Positions 16,370-23,989 of a DNA stretch of 37,445 nt are shown piece after piece. The notes beneath the pieces were generated by a model, which had not been told where the DNA came from, ran no database searches, and was given only the letters and a program-made list of their open reading frames with translations. Positions within the stretch are counted from its first letter, which is position 1. Every line of letters starts with the position of its first letter. The position numbers were made by a program, and so were the translations under genes. Origin of the DNA: Bacteroidales bacterium (GTDB taxonomy: Bacteria; Bacteroidota; Bacteroidia; Bacteroidales; UBA4181). The DNA is taken from NCBI GenBank assembly GCA_031273395.1, contig JAISRX010000307.1, positions 1-37,445 of the forward strand. The letters are read 5' to 3'.

Positions 16370-16636
16370 ATGAACGCTCAGGAAATAATCGATCAAATAC
16401 CCGATGATACCCTGCTCAGTATCATCAACAAAGCCAACGAGCTTACGTGGAATTTTCTTGCCTTGAAGGTGATGCTTGCACGGCTGAAACTGAAACTGTC
16501 GATGATGGACAATGACATTGCACGGCAGCAAAGTTGCAGAGATTTGCGTGATTTATTCCGTAAAAGTCGCAATATACCCAATGCACAAAAAGACATGCAG
16601 CTCATTGCCGAACAGTTTGGAACCCCGTTCGCCTGA
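16370..16636 (+). CDS. Uncharacterised 88-aa helical protein, translationally coupled to the upstream gene
   Basis: The ATG lies 3 nt after the upstream stop. The sequence is amphipathic and helical in character (LALKVMLARLKLKLSMMDNDIARQQ). I recognise no family. Confidence 0.6.
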   Translation: MNAQEIIDQIPDDTLLSIINKANELTWNFLALKVMLARLKLKLSMMDNDIARQQSCRDLRDLFRKSRNIPNAQKDMQLIAEQFGTPFA

Positions 16637-16876
16637 CCGGTTTCAAGGAGCATGAACATCCCTGAGGCATTGTCAAATAAAGGTGACGATATTATCGACT
16701 GCGCAAACAAATATAAGGTTTTTCCGTGCTTTTCCGCTGTCCGGACTGCGGCGGCTGTTGCGGTGACGCTCACTGTTGCCGCATTGTCGGCTGTCGATGG
16801 TATGCTGCCGACCGTCCCCTGCTAAAAAAAATACGGTATTTTTTCGGGAATTATTTTACGTAAACGATATTTCGCG

Positions 16877-16884
16877 TATTTTTG
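16877..16884 (+). promoter_or_regulatory. -7 box TATTTTTG upstream of metG
   Basis: 56 nt upstream of the ATG at 16941. Confidence 0.4.
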
Positions 16885-16940
16885 CCGTTTGTTTCCATGC
16901 CGTTTCATCGGCGTTGGATTTTACGGATTTGTCAATAAAT

Positions 16941-18986
16941 ATGCAATACATGAAGGATTTTAAACGTTACATGGTGACCTCGGCTTTGCCTTATGCCAAC
17001 GGACCGATACATATAGGGCATCTGGCGGGAGTGTATGTTCCTGCCGACATTTACGTGCGGTATCTGAGGTTGCGCGGCAAGGACGTCGTATTTGTGGGCG
17101 GCAGCGATGAACACGGCGTGCCTATCACCATTACGGCGCGGAAGGAAGGCATTACGCCGCAGGAAGTGGTTGACCGCTATCATGCGCTCATCAGGGACGC
17201 CTTTGAACGTTTCGGGATTTCGTTTGACGTGTATTCGCGCACTACCTCAAAGATACACCACCGGACGGCGTCCGAGTTTTTCGGGACGCTGTACGAAAAG
17301 GGCGACTTTGTGGAAAAGGAAACCGAACAGTACTACGATACGGAAGCGCAGCAGTTTCTTGCCGACAGGTACATCACCGGTACCTGCCCGCACTGCCGCA
17401 ACGAGCATGCGTATGGCGACCAGTGCGAACAATGCGGCACTTCGCTCAACGTTACCGACCTGATTCACCCGCGTTCCACCCTCAGCGGCTCGGCGCCCGT
17501 GCTGCGCGCCACCAAACACTGGTATTTGCCGCTCGACCGCTACGAAACCTTCCTGAGAGAATGGATACTCGAAGGACACAGGGAGTGGAAAAGCAATGTT
17601 TACGGGCAGTGCAAGTCGTGGCTCGACTCGGGTTTGCAGCCGCGCGCCGTCACCCGCGACCTCGACTGGGGCATCCCCGTGCCTGTGGCGGGCGCCGAGG
17701 GAAAGGTGCTCTACGTGTGGTTCGACGCCCCTATCGGGTACATTTCCAACACGCGCGAACTGCTGCCCGATACATGGCAGGACTACTGGAAATCGGACGA
17801 CAGCTGCCTGGTGCACTTTATCGGAAAAGACAACATTGTGTTCCACTGCATCATCTTCCCCGCGATGCTCAAGGCGGAAGGCTCGTATATCCTCCCGCAC
17901 AACGTGCCGGCAAACGAATTTCTGAACCTCGAAAACGAAAAAATCTCCACTTCGCGAAACTGGGCGGTGTGGCTGCATGAGTACCTCAACGATTTTCCCG
18001 GAAAGGAGGATGTGCTGCGGTATGTCCTCACCGCCAACGCGCCCGAAACCAAAGACAATAATTTTACATGGAAGGATTTTCAGGACAGGAACAACAATGA
18101 ACTGGTAGCCATTTACGGCAACTTTGTCCACCGGGCAATGGTGCTGGCGCATAAATATTTCGGCGGGACGGTGCCTGCGCGCGACCGGCTGACGGACGTC
18201 GACAGGGCAACCCTCTCCGCCATTGCAGGGATACGCAAAAACGTTGAAAACGCCATCGAAAACTGCCGTTTCCGCGAAGCCTTGAAGGAAGCGATGACCC
18301 TTGCCCGCACGGGCAACAAGTATCTGGCGGATACCGAACCGTGGAAACTGATCAAAACGGATGAAACGCGCGTGAAGACCATCCTCAATATTGCCCTGCA
18401 AATTGCCGCAGGCACGGCATTGCTTTTCGAACCGTTCCTTCCCTTCGCTTCGGCGCGGCTCAGAAACATGCTCCGCCTGCCTGCCGCAACGTGGGAAGAC
18501 CTCGGCGGGAGCGATCTGCTTGCCGCCGGGCATCGGTTGAACGAACCGGAACTGCTGTTTGAAAAGATAGAAGATGAAGCCGTCGAAAAACAGTTGCGCC
18601 GTCTGGTGGATATAAAAATTGCCAACGAAAGGCAGGCATACAAGGCAATTCCGGCTAAAAACGACGTGTCGTTCGACGAGTTTTCGGCAATGGACATTCG
18701 CATCGGCACCGTGCTGGAAGCGGAAAAGGTGCCGAAAACCGACAAACTGATGCGCCTGCTGGTGGATACCGGCATCGACCGGCGCACCATCGTATCGGGG
18801 ATAGCAGAGCATTTCACGCCGGAAGAACTGACCGGCAAACAGGTGAGCGTGCTGGTAAACCTGACGCCGCGAACGTTGAAAGGCATAGTGTCGCAGGGCA
18901 TGATCCTGCTTGCGGAGGACGCCGGCGGGAAACTGGTGTTCGTGGCGCCCGAAAATGCTGTTGTAAACGGCGCCACAGTGAGATAG
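16941..18986 (+). CDS. metG: Methionine--tRNA ligase with a C-terminal tRNA-binding (EMAP/Trbp111-like) domain
   Basis: [14 protein letters not shown] (HIGH), Zn knuckle [25 protein letters not shown] (KMSKS variant), and a C-terminal [14 protein letters not shown]...GMIL. The start is the ATG at 16941 or 16950; the ORF-track start at 16776 is an upstream extension. Confidence 0.95.
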   Translation: MQYMKDFKRYMVTSALPYANGPIHIGHLAGVYVPADIYVRYLRLRGKDVVFVGGSDEHGVPITITARKEGITPQEVVDRYHALIRDAFERFGISFDVYSRTTSKIHHRTASEFFGTLYEKGDFVEKETEQYYDTEAQQFLADRYITGTCPHCRNEHAYGDQCEQCGTSLNVTDLIHPRSTLSGSAPVLRATKHWYLPLDRYETFLREWILEGHREWKSNVYGQCKSWLDSGLQPRAVTRDLDWGIPVPVAGAEGKVLYVWFDAPIGYISNTRELLPDTWQDYWKSDDSCLVHFIGKDNIVFHCIIFPAMLKAEGSYILPHNVPANEFLNLENEKISTSRNWAVWLHEYLNDFPGKEDVLRYVLTANAPETKDNNFTWKDFQDRNNNELVAIYGNFVHRAMVLAHKYFGGTVPARDRLTDVDRATLSAIAGIRKNVENAIENCRFREALKEAMTLARTGNKYLADTEPWKLIKTDETRVKTILNIALQIAAGTALLFEPFLPFASARLRNMLRLPAATWEDLGGSDLLAAGHRLNEPELLFEKIEDEAVEKQLRRLVDIKIANERQAYKAIPAKNDVSFDEFSAMDIRIGTVLEAEKVPKTDKLMRLLVDTGIDRRTIVSGIAEHFTPEELTGKQVSVLVNLTPRTLKGIVSQGMILLAEDAGGKLVFVAPENAVVNGATVR

Positions 18987-19001
18987 ACAATAAAAACAAA
19001 T

Positions 19002-20189
19002 ATGATGGACGATATTCAAAAGATCAAGCAACGTTTCGGCATTATCGGTAATGCCGCTTCGCTCAACAGGGCGATAGATATTGCCATGCAGGTGGCGCCC
19101 ACCGATCTGTCGGTGCTGATTACCGGCGAAAGCGGGGTGGGCAAGGAGGTATTCCCGCAGATCATTCACCAGAACAGCGCCCGCAAACACGGGCAGTATA
19201 TTGCGGTGAACTGCGGGGCAATCCCCGAAGGAACCATCGACTCGGAACTTTTCGGACATGAAAAGGGATCGTTCACCGGCGCTTCCGAAAGCAGGAAAGG
19301 TTATTTTGAGGTGGCAGACGGGGGTACCATTTTTCTTGACGAGGTAGCCGACCTGCCCATGCCCACACAGGTGCGGCTGTTGCGCGTGCTGGAATCGGGC
19401 GAATTTATCAAGGTGGGGTCTTCCAAAGTGCTTAAGAGCAATGTCCGTGTGATTGCCGCTACCAATGTGAACATTCAGGAGGCTATTGCGCGGGGAAAAT
19501 TCCGGGAAGACCTCTATTACCGCCTCAATACGGTACCCGTGTTTATCCAGCCGCTTCGCGAACGCCCGGAAGACGTCCGGTTGCTCTTCAGGAAGTTTGC
19601 ATCCGATTTTGCCGAAAAATACCGCATGCCGGCTATCCAGCTCACCGACGAAGCGCAGCAGAAACTTGTGTCGTGCTACTGGCCCGGCAATATCCGGCAG
19701 CTGAAGAACATTACCGAACAGATTTCGGTGATTGAGCATCAGCGCGTCATCGACGCGGACGTCCTGCAACAGTACCTGCCCGCCCAGATACATTCCCGCC
19801 TGCCCGCCATTTACGACAGGGAGGATGAAAAAACCTTCACTTCCGAAAGGGAGATACTCTATAAAATACTCTTTGACATGCGCAATGACGTCAATGAACT
19901 GAAAAGGCTGGTGGGGGAGATCATGCGCGGCGGCGAAGACGATGCGGACGCCACGCTGTTCGGCAAAAAAAACTACGTGGATGTGATCCCCCGCAGAACG
20001 CCCGCCGTTTCAAAGATAGAGGACACGCAGGAGATAGAGGACGAGTCGCTCTCGCTTTCCGACAGGGAAACGGAACTGATCAGGAAGGCGCTGGAAAAAC
20101 ACGGGGGACGCCGCCGCAACGCCGCACGGGAACTGGGCATTTCCGAAAGGACGCTCTACCGCAAAATAAAGGAAGCCAATCTGGAATAG
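19002..20189 (+). CDS. Sigma-54-dependent transcriptional activator (bEBP) lacking any N-terminal receiver or sensor domain
   Basis: The AAA+ core starts about 20 aa from the N-terminus: Walker A GESGVGKE, GAFTGA variant GSFTGA, Walker B FLDEV, and a C-terminal Fis-type HTH AARELGISERTLYRKIKE. Confidence 0.9.
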   Translation: MMDDIQKIKQRFGIIGNAASLNRAIDIAMQVAPTDLSVLITGESGVGKEVFPQIIHQNSARKHGQYIAVNCGAIPEGTIDSELFGHEKGSFTGASESRKGYFEVADGGTIFLDEVADLPMPTQVRLLRVLESGEFIKVGSSKVLKSNVRVIAATNVNIQEAIARGKFREDLYYRLNTVPVFIQPLRERPEDVRLLFRKFASDFAEKYRMPAIQLTDEAQQKLVSCYWPGNIRQLKNITEQISVIEHQRVIDADVLQQYLPAQIHSRLPAIYDREDEKTFTSEREILYKILFDMRNDVNELKRLVGEIMRGGEDDADATLFGKKNYVDVIPRRTPAVSKIEDTQEIEDESLSLSDRETELIRKALEKHGGRRRNAARELGISERTLYRKIKEANLE

Positions 20190-20195
20190 ACGATC

Positions 20196-20696
20196 ATGAA
20201 ACATGCCGCCGTTTTTTTTGCAGCCGCCCTGCTGTCCGCATCATGCGGGAGGGTGGTCTTCAACATGTCGGGAGCCTCGGTGGCGCCGGCTAAAACCTGT
20301 CAGGTAAACTATTTCGAGAACAGGGCGCAGATCGTCAACCCGAGCCTGAGCTATCAGGTAACCGAGGGGCTGAAGGACAAGATACAGTCCAATTCATCGC
20401 TCAATCTGGTCAACAGCGGCGCCGACGTGCTGTTTGAGGGGGAAATCACCGCCTACGACGTGCAGCCGCAGGCGGTTCAGGCAACGGGCATGGCGGCGAA
20501 AGACCGCCTCACGGTGACCGTGAAGATAAAATTTACCAACGAGGTGAAGCCCGAAAACAGCTTCGACAAGTCCTTCTCCCGCTTTGCCGAATATTCCAGC
20601 GGAACGGCTTTCACTTCGGTGGAAAGCCAGCTGGTGGACGAAATTATGGAACAGCTGATGGACGATATTTTTAACGCGGCTTTTTCCACATGGTAG
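20196..20696 (+). CDS. LptE-like LPS-assembly lipoprotein
   Basis: 166 aa, lipobox LLSASC. Size, synteny after the bEBP and the alternating beta pattern (GEITAYDV...LTVTVKIKF) are consistent with Bacteroidota LptE-family proteins. The family call is moderate. Confidence 0.6.
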   Translation: MKHAAVFFAAALLSASCGRVVFNMSGASVAPAKTCQVNYFENRAQIVNPSLSYQVTEGLKDKIQSNSSLNLVNSGADVLFEGEITAYDVQPQAVQATGMAAKDRLTVTVKIKFTNEVKPENSFDKSFSRFAEYSSGTAFTSVESQLVDEIMEQLMDDIFNAAFSTW

Positions 20697-20706
20697 CCTG
20701 CGCGCG

Positions 20707-21309
20707 CTACTGCGCCTCTCCCCGCGATTTCGCGCCGAGATAGCCGCCGTGGTGACGCAGGGCGTAGTCCGCGCGGGTAAACCCGATGCGTTTCATCATC
20801 AGCACCACCAGCGCGTCGCCGATCACGCTCATCACGGTGGTGGAAGTGGTGGGCGAAAGCCCCAGCGCGCACACTTCGGACGGGTTGCCGGTGTCGATGC
20901 AGACGTCCGCCTGCCGTGCAAGTTCGCTGCCGGGGCTGCCGGTAATCACAATCGCCGGAACGCCGCCCTGCAATCCCCTTGCCAGGGCAAGCAGTTCGAC
21001 AATCTCCCGCGTTTTGCCCGAATTGGAAATCAGCAGCAGTACGTCCTTCCCGCACAGTATGCCCAGATCGCCGTGCTGCGCGTCGGCAGGGTGCAGCCAC
21101 ACGGCGGGAGTGCCGGTGGAACTGAAGGTGGTGGCAATGCCCAGCGCTATCTGACCCGCTTTGCCCATCCCGCTGACCACCACCTTGCCCCCGTCGCGGT
21201 GAACGCAGCGGTAAATCAGCTCCGTCGCCTTTTCGTAGGCGTCCGTTACCGGAATATTCATGACGGCGGCTGCCTCGTGTGAAAAAATCCTTTTTATGTC
21301 GTTTTGCAT
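20707..21309 (-). CDS. Single SIS-domain sugar phosphate isomerase (KpsF/KdsD-like arabinose-5-phosphate isomerase without CBS domains)
   Basis: 200 aa from the ATG at 21309 (MQNDIKR). Motifs SGMGKAGQIA, TGTPAVWLHPADAQHGDLG and LISNSGKTRE match the KpsF/GutQ N-terminal SIS domain. Confidence 0.8.
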   Translation of the reverse strand: MQNDIKRIFSHEAAAVMNIPVTDAYEKATELIYRCVHRDGGKVVVSGMGKAGQIALGIATTFSSTGTPAVWLHPADAQHGDLGILCGKDVLLLISNSGKTREIVELLALARGLQGGVPAIVITGSPGSELARQADVCIDTGNPSEVCALGLSPTTSTTVMSVIGDALVVLMMKRIGFTRADYALRHHGGYLGAKSRGEAQ

Positions 21310-21441
21310 GGAATGATGAATAATTTTTTTAAAATTGACGCGCAAAGGTACGGCAAGCATTTCAAAACTGCAAGGTTTTTCCCTTTTGCCGCGGAAACAG
21401 CCGCAAAACGGCGGCAATGACGCGCAAACCGCCGCGCGCAC

Positions 21442-21475
21442 AAAAAAATCCCGGCACGAAACCGGGATTTTTTTT
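21442..21475 (-). terminator. Rho-independent, symmetric (A7-stem-T8) terminator
   Basis: ATCCCGG-CACGAAA-CCGGGAT flanked by an A-run and a T-run, 36 nt after the stop at 21511. Confidence 0.7.
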
Positions 21476-21510
21476 CCTAATGGATGATCTAAATGAGGCT
21501 GTTCGCCGTC

Positions 21511-22062
21511 TCATTCCTCCTCATCCTCCCACTCCAGCGCTTCGGAGCAGTTGGCTAAAATCCACGCAAGCGCCTCTGCCGCCACCTTCTCATCCTTAAA
21601 CTCAAGATCGTCGGTGAAAAGATCTTTATTATCGACATACACTGCCTCAGCACAAGCATCCTGTTCATCCTCGGTCGGCTCGTTGTAGCAATCGCACAGC
21701 GCCTTACCCAGTTTTACACCCGGAGAGTCCTCCTCTTCCTCCTCTTCCTCCGGCTCCATCAAGTAGCCTATATCCTTCATTACGGTGGAGCAGTTAGTGG
21801 AAACCCACGTTATAAGTTCTTCCATCGCCTTCTCATCCTTAATACCCTCCGTGAAGGTGACAATATCTCCTATAGTGGCAAAAACGCTCAGATAACACAC
21901 CGTCTTCTCCGCCTCGTTCGTCTTGCCGGAGCACTCGCAAAATTCCTTGCCCGCTTTTACTGCCGGGGAGTCCTCCTCATCCTTTTTGCAGGCGGTAAAC
22001 ACCACAGTTCCGGCAATAACGGCAACCGCAACAAACAACATATTTCTTTTAAAATACTTCAT
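21511..22062 (-). CDS. Small acidic 4-Cys-module lipoprotein with two modules joined by a poly-Glu linker; predicted surface-exposed
   Basis: 183 aa, lipobox VVFTAC followed by KKDEEDSP. It holds two copies of a CxC...C...NCS module with an acidic tail. Paralogue of 22485-22802. Confidence 0.8.
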   Translation of the reverse strand: MKYFKRNMLFVAVAVIAGTVVFTACKKDEEDSPAVKAGKEFCECSGKTNEAEKTVCYLSVFATIGDIVTFTEGIKDEKAMEELITWVSTNCSTVMKDIGYLMEPEEEEEEEDSPGVKLGKALCDCYNEPTEDEQDACAEAVYVDNKDLFTDDLEFKDEKVAAEALAWILANCSEALEWEDEEE

Positions 22063-22342
22063 GATATATATAATTTAACTGTTTAAAAATAAAAAAATAA
22101 AAATTTCGGTTTTTTAGGGGATAATGAATGCGCAAATCGCTGCCGCATGAGCGCACAAAAAAAGCCGTCCCTAAGAAAAAAATTGGTACAGCATGTATAT
22201 GGAAAAAAACTGTCACTGCACGCACGGGTACGTGTGGCGCATATCATATCAAACCCTGCGCCGGCAGGACTGTTTGCTATGGATATTTGAGAAAAAACAG
22301 ACATAAATTTACGCGCGTTTTGATGACATTATAATAACGGCG

Positions 22343-22350
22343 CAAATATA
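22343..22350 (-). promoter_or_regulatory. -7 box TATATTTG, about 280 nt upstream of the 183-aa lipoprotein gene
   Basis: Plus strand CAAATATA. It is conserved in the duplicate unit at 23083-23090, and I found no better box closer to the ATG. Confidence 0.4.
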
Positions 22351-22425
22351 TTGAAAAATTTAATCCGAACAAATAAATAAAAAGTTTATTTTTTTTTTCC
22401 GGATGTCACGCAAACCGCCGCGCGC

Positions 22426-22460
22426 AAAAAAAAAATCCCGGCACGAAACCGGGATTTTTT
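22426..22460 (-). terminator. Rho-independent terminator (duplicate of 21442-21475)
   Basis: Same ATCCCGG-CACGAAA-CCGGGAT hairpin with an A10 run and a T-run, 25 nt after the stop at 22485. Confidence 0.7.
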
Positions 22461-22484
22461 CCTGTAGGGACTGTCCTAAGGCGA

Positions 22485-22802
22485 CTATTCGTCGTCCTCG
22501 TCATACTCCCACTCCATCACTTCGGAGCAGTTGGTTAAAATCCACGCAAACGCCTCTGCCGCCACCTTCTCATCCTTAAAATCTCCATCTTCGGTGAGAA
22601 TATCTTTATTGGCGAGATACACGCCCTCAGCACACGTCTCCTGCGCCTCCTCGGTCGTCTTTTTGAAGCAATCGCACATAGCCTTAGCCACTCTTACGCC
22701 CGCGGGATCCTCGTCTTTATCCTTTTTGCAGGCGGTAAACACAACGGTTCCGGCAATAACGGCAACCGCAACAAACAACATACTTCTTTTAAAATACTTC
22801 AT
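22485..22802 (-). CDS. Small acidic 4-Cys lipoprotein (single module), paralogue of 21511-22062
   Basis: 105 aa. The signal peptide MKYFKRSMLFVAVAVIAGTVVFTAC differs at one residue from the paralogue. It has a CDC...C...NCSE module and the acidic tail EYDEDDE. Confidence 0.8.
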   Translation of the reverse strand: MKYFKRSMLFVAVAVIAGTVVFTACKKDKDEDPAGVRVAKAMCDCFKKTTEEAQETCAEGVYLANKDILTEDGDFKDEKVAAEAFAWILTNCSEVMEWEYDEDDE

Positions 22803-23082
22803 GATATATATAATTTAACTGTTTAAAAATAAAAAAATAAAAATTTCGGTTTAGGGGATAATGAATGCGCAAATCGCTGCCGCATGAGCGCCCACAAAAA
22901 GCCGCGCCTAAGAAAAAATTCGGTACGGCTATATATGTATATGGGAAAAAACTGTCACTGCACGCACGGTTACGTGTGGCGCATATCATGTCAAACCCTG
23001 CGCCGGCAGGACTGTTTGCTATGGATATTTGAGAAAAACCGGACATATTGACGCGCGTTTTGATGACATTATAATTACGGCA

Positions 23083-23090
23083 CAAATATA
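23083..23090 (-). promoter_or_regulatory. -7 box TATATTTG of the duplicate unit
   Basis: Plus strand CAAATATA in the same context as 22343-22350. Confidence 0.4.
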
Positions 23091-23219
23091 TTGAAAAATT
23101 TAATCCAAACAAATGAAATGAAAAAAAGTTTATTTTTTTTTCGGATGTCGCGGGAAACCGGCACGGCAGCGTTATTCTCCTCCTTTGCGGCATGGAAAGG
23201 AAACTGTTCCGCTGTTCGT

Positions 23220-23879
23220 TTATTTCTTCTCTTTGTATGTTCCGCCGCCGCCATGCTGGATGTCGGACGGATTGACGCTTGAGGCTTTCCCTTCCCTGTA
23301 TGTTCCGCCGCCGCCGTGCTGGATAGTGGACGGTTTGACTTTTTTGCCCGATTTGCGTTCTTTGCCTTTAAACAGGGTGAAACTCCGTTCCCTGTAATTT
23401 TCTTCGGCTTTTTTGCGGCTGGCTGCCATCCGTTTTTTCACCTCCTTCGCCCGTCGTTTCTCAATTTTGGCTACCGCGTCTTTCCGCTGTAGCGAATGGA
23501 TCCACCGTAGCAGAAAAAATTCCTTCTTTCTGCTGTATTGTTTGTTGGAGGCTGCCAGATGGGACTTCATTCTTTGCTGCATCTCCTCCGACTGTATCGA
23601 GCGGTGACGTTCCAGCGCCTCCCTGTAGGTTTTATCGGCTTCCTTTTTCTTGGCAGCTTCCTTTTTTAGCCTGTCCGCATCGGCGCTTTTCTGTTTCGAT
23701 GAGCGAATATCGGGCGTATATTCTCCCTCCGAGTTAAGATACATGGGGGTGCTGCGTTCGATTTTTCTCATGCTTGCCGATTTTTTCGTCCCGCCGCACG
23801 ACGGAACAACGGTCGTTACAACTACCGTTACAGCTATTATATACAGCAATCCGGAAAGATATTTATGTATTCGGTTCAT
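23220..23879 (-). CDS. Lysine/arginine-rich putative lipoprotein with a coiled-coil-like core and two C-terminal IQHGGGGTY repeats
   Basis: 219 aa from the ATG at 23879 (MNRIHKYLSG...VVPSCGG). A 43-bp direct repeat (23234-23276 and 23297-23339) encodes the duplicated motif. Confidence 0.7.
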   Translation of the reverse strand: MNRIHKYLSGLLYIIAVTVVVTTVVPSCGGTKKSASMRKIERSTPMYLNSEGEYTPDIRSSKQKSADADRLKKEAAKKKEADKTYREALERHRSIQSEEMQQRMKSHLAASNKQYSRKKEFFLLRWIHSLQRKDAVAKIEKRRAKEVKKRMAASRKKAEENYRERSFTLFKGKERKSGKKVKPSTIQHGGGGTYREGKASSVNPSDIQHGGGGTYKEKK

Positions 23880-23945
23880 GATCCTTTTCACGTTGCAATT
23901 ATACGTCTTTTTTTTGAAATTTGTTTCATTCACCATTCTTTTTCT

Positions 23946-23953
23946 TACCTTTG
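23946..23953 (+). promoter_or_regulatory. -7 box TACCTTTG upstream of the histidine kinase gene
   Basis: 36 nt upstream of the ATG at 23990. Confidence 0.45.
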
Positions 23954-23989
23954 TAACAGGATGATTGAAATGACCAATTGAATGTCGGG

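Larger units (their letters stand above)
21420..22407. repeat. Tandem segmental duplication, unit 1 (terminator + 183-aa lipoprotein gene + ~280-nt leader and promoter)
   Basis: Collinear with 22408-23149. It has the same terminator, a near-identical signal-peptide coding region and a near-identical upstream region. It is longer because of an internal module duplication in the CDS. Confidence 0.85.
22408..23149. repeat. Tandem segmental duplication, unit 2 (terminator + 105-aa lipoprotein gene + leader and promoter)
   Basis: See unit 1. The boundary motif TTTATTTTTTTTTCGGATGTC recurs at both unit ends. Confidence 0.85.

Noticed and set aside
17247-19793. 848-aa ORF on the minus strand
   Set aside because: It runs antisense to metG and the sigma-54 activator, which both carry unmistakable catalytic motifs on the plus strand. 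Its translation is low-complexity (R/G/H/F-rich) with no motifs. This is a typical shadow ORF of GC-rich coding DNA.
22083-22304. 73-aa ORF in the leader of the 4-Cys lipoprotein gene, partly conserved in the duplicate unit
   Set aside because: Only the first ~37 codons are shared with the duplicate. Indels then shift the frame, and in unit 2 the ORF runs into the downstream gene. Conservation is at the nucleotide level, not the protein level.
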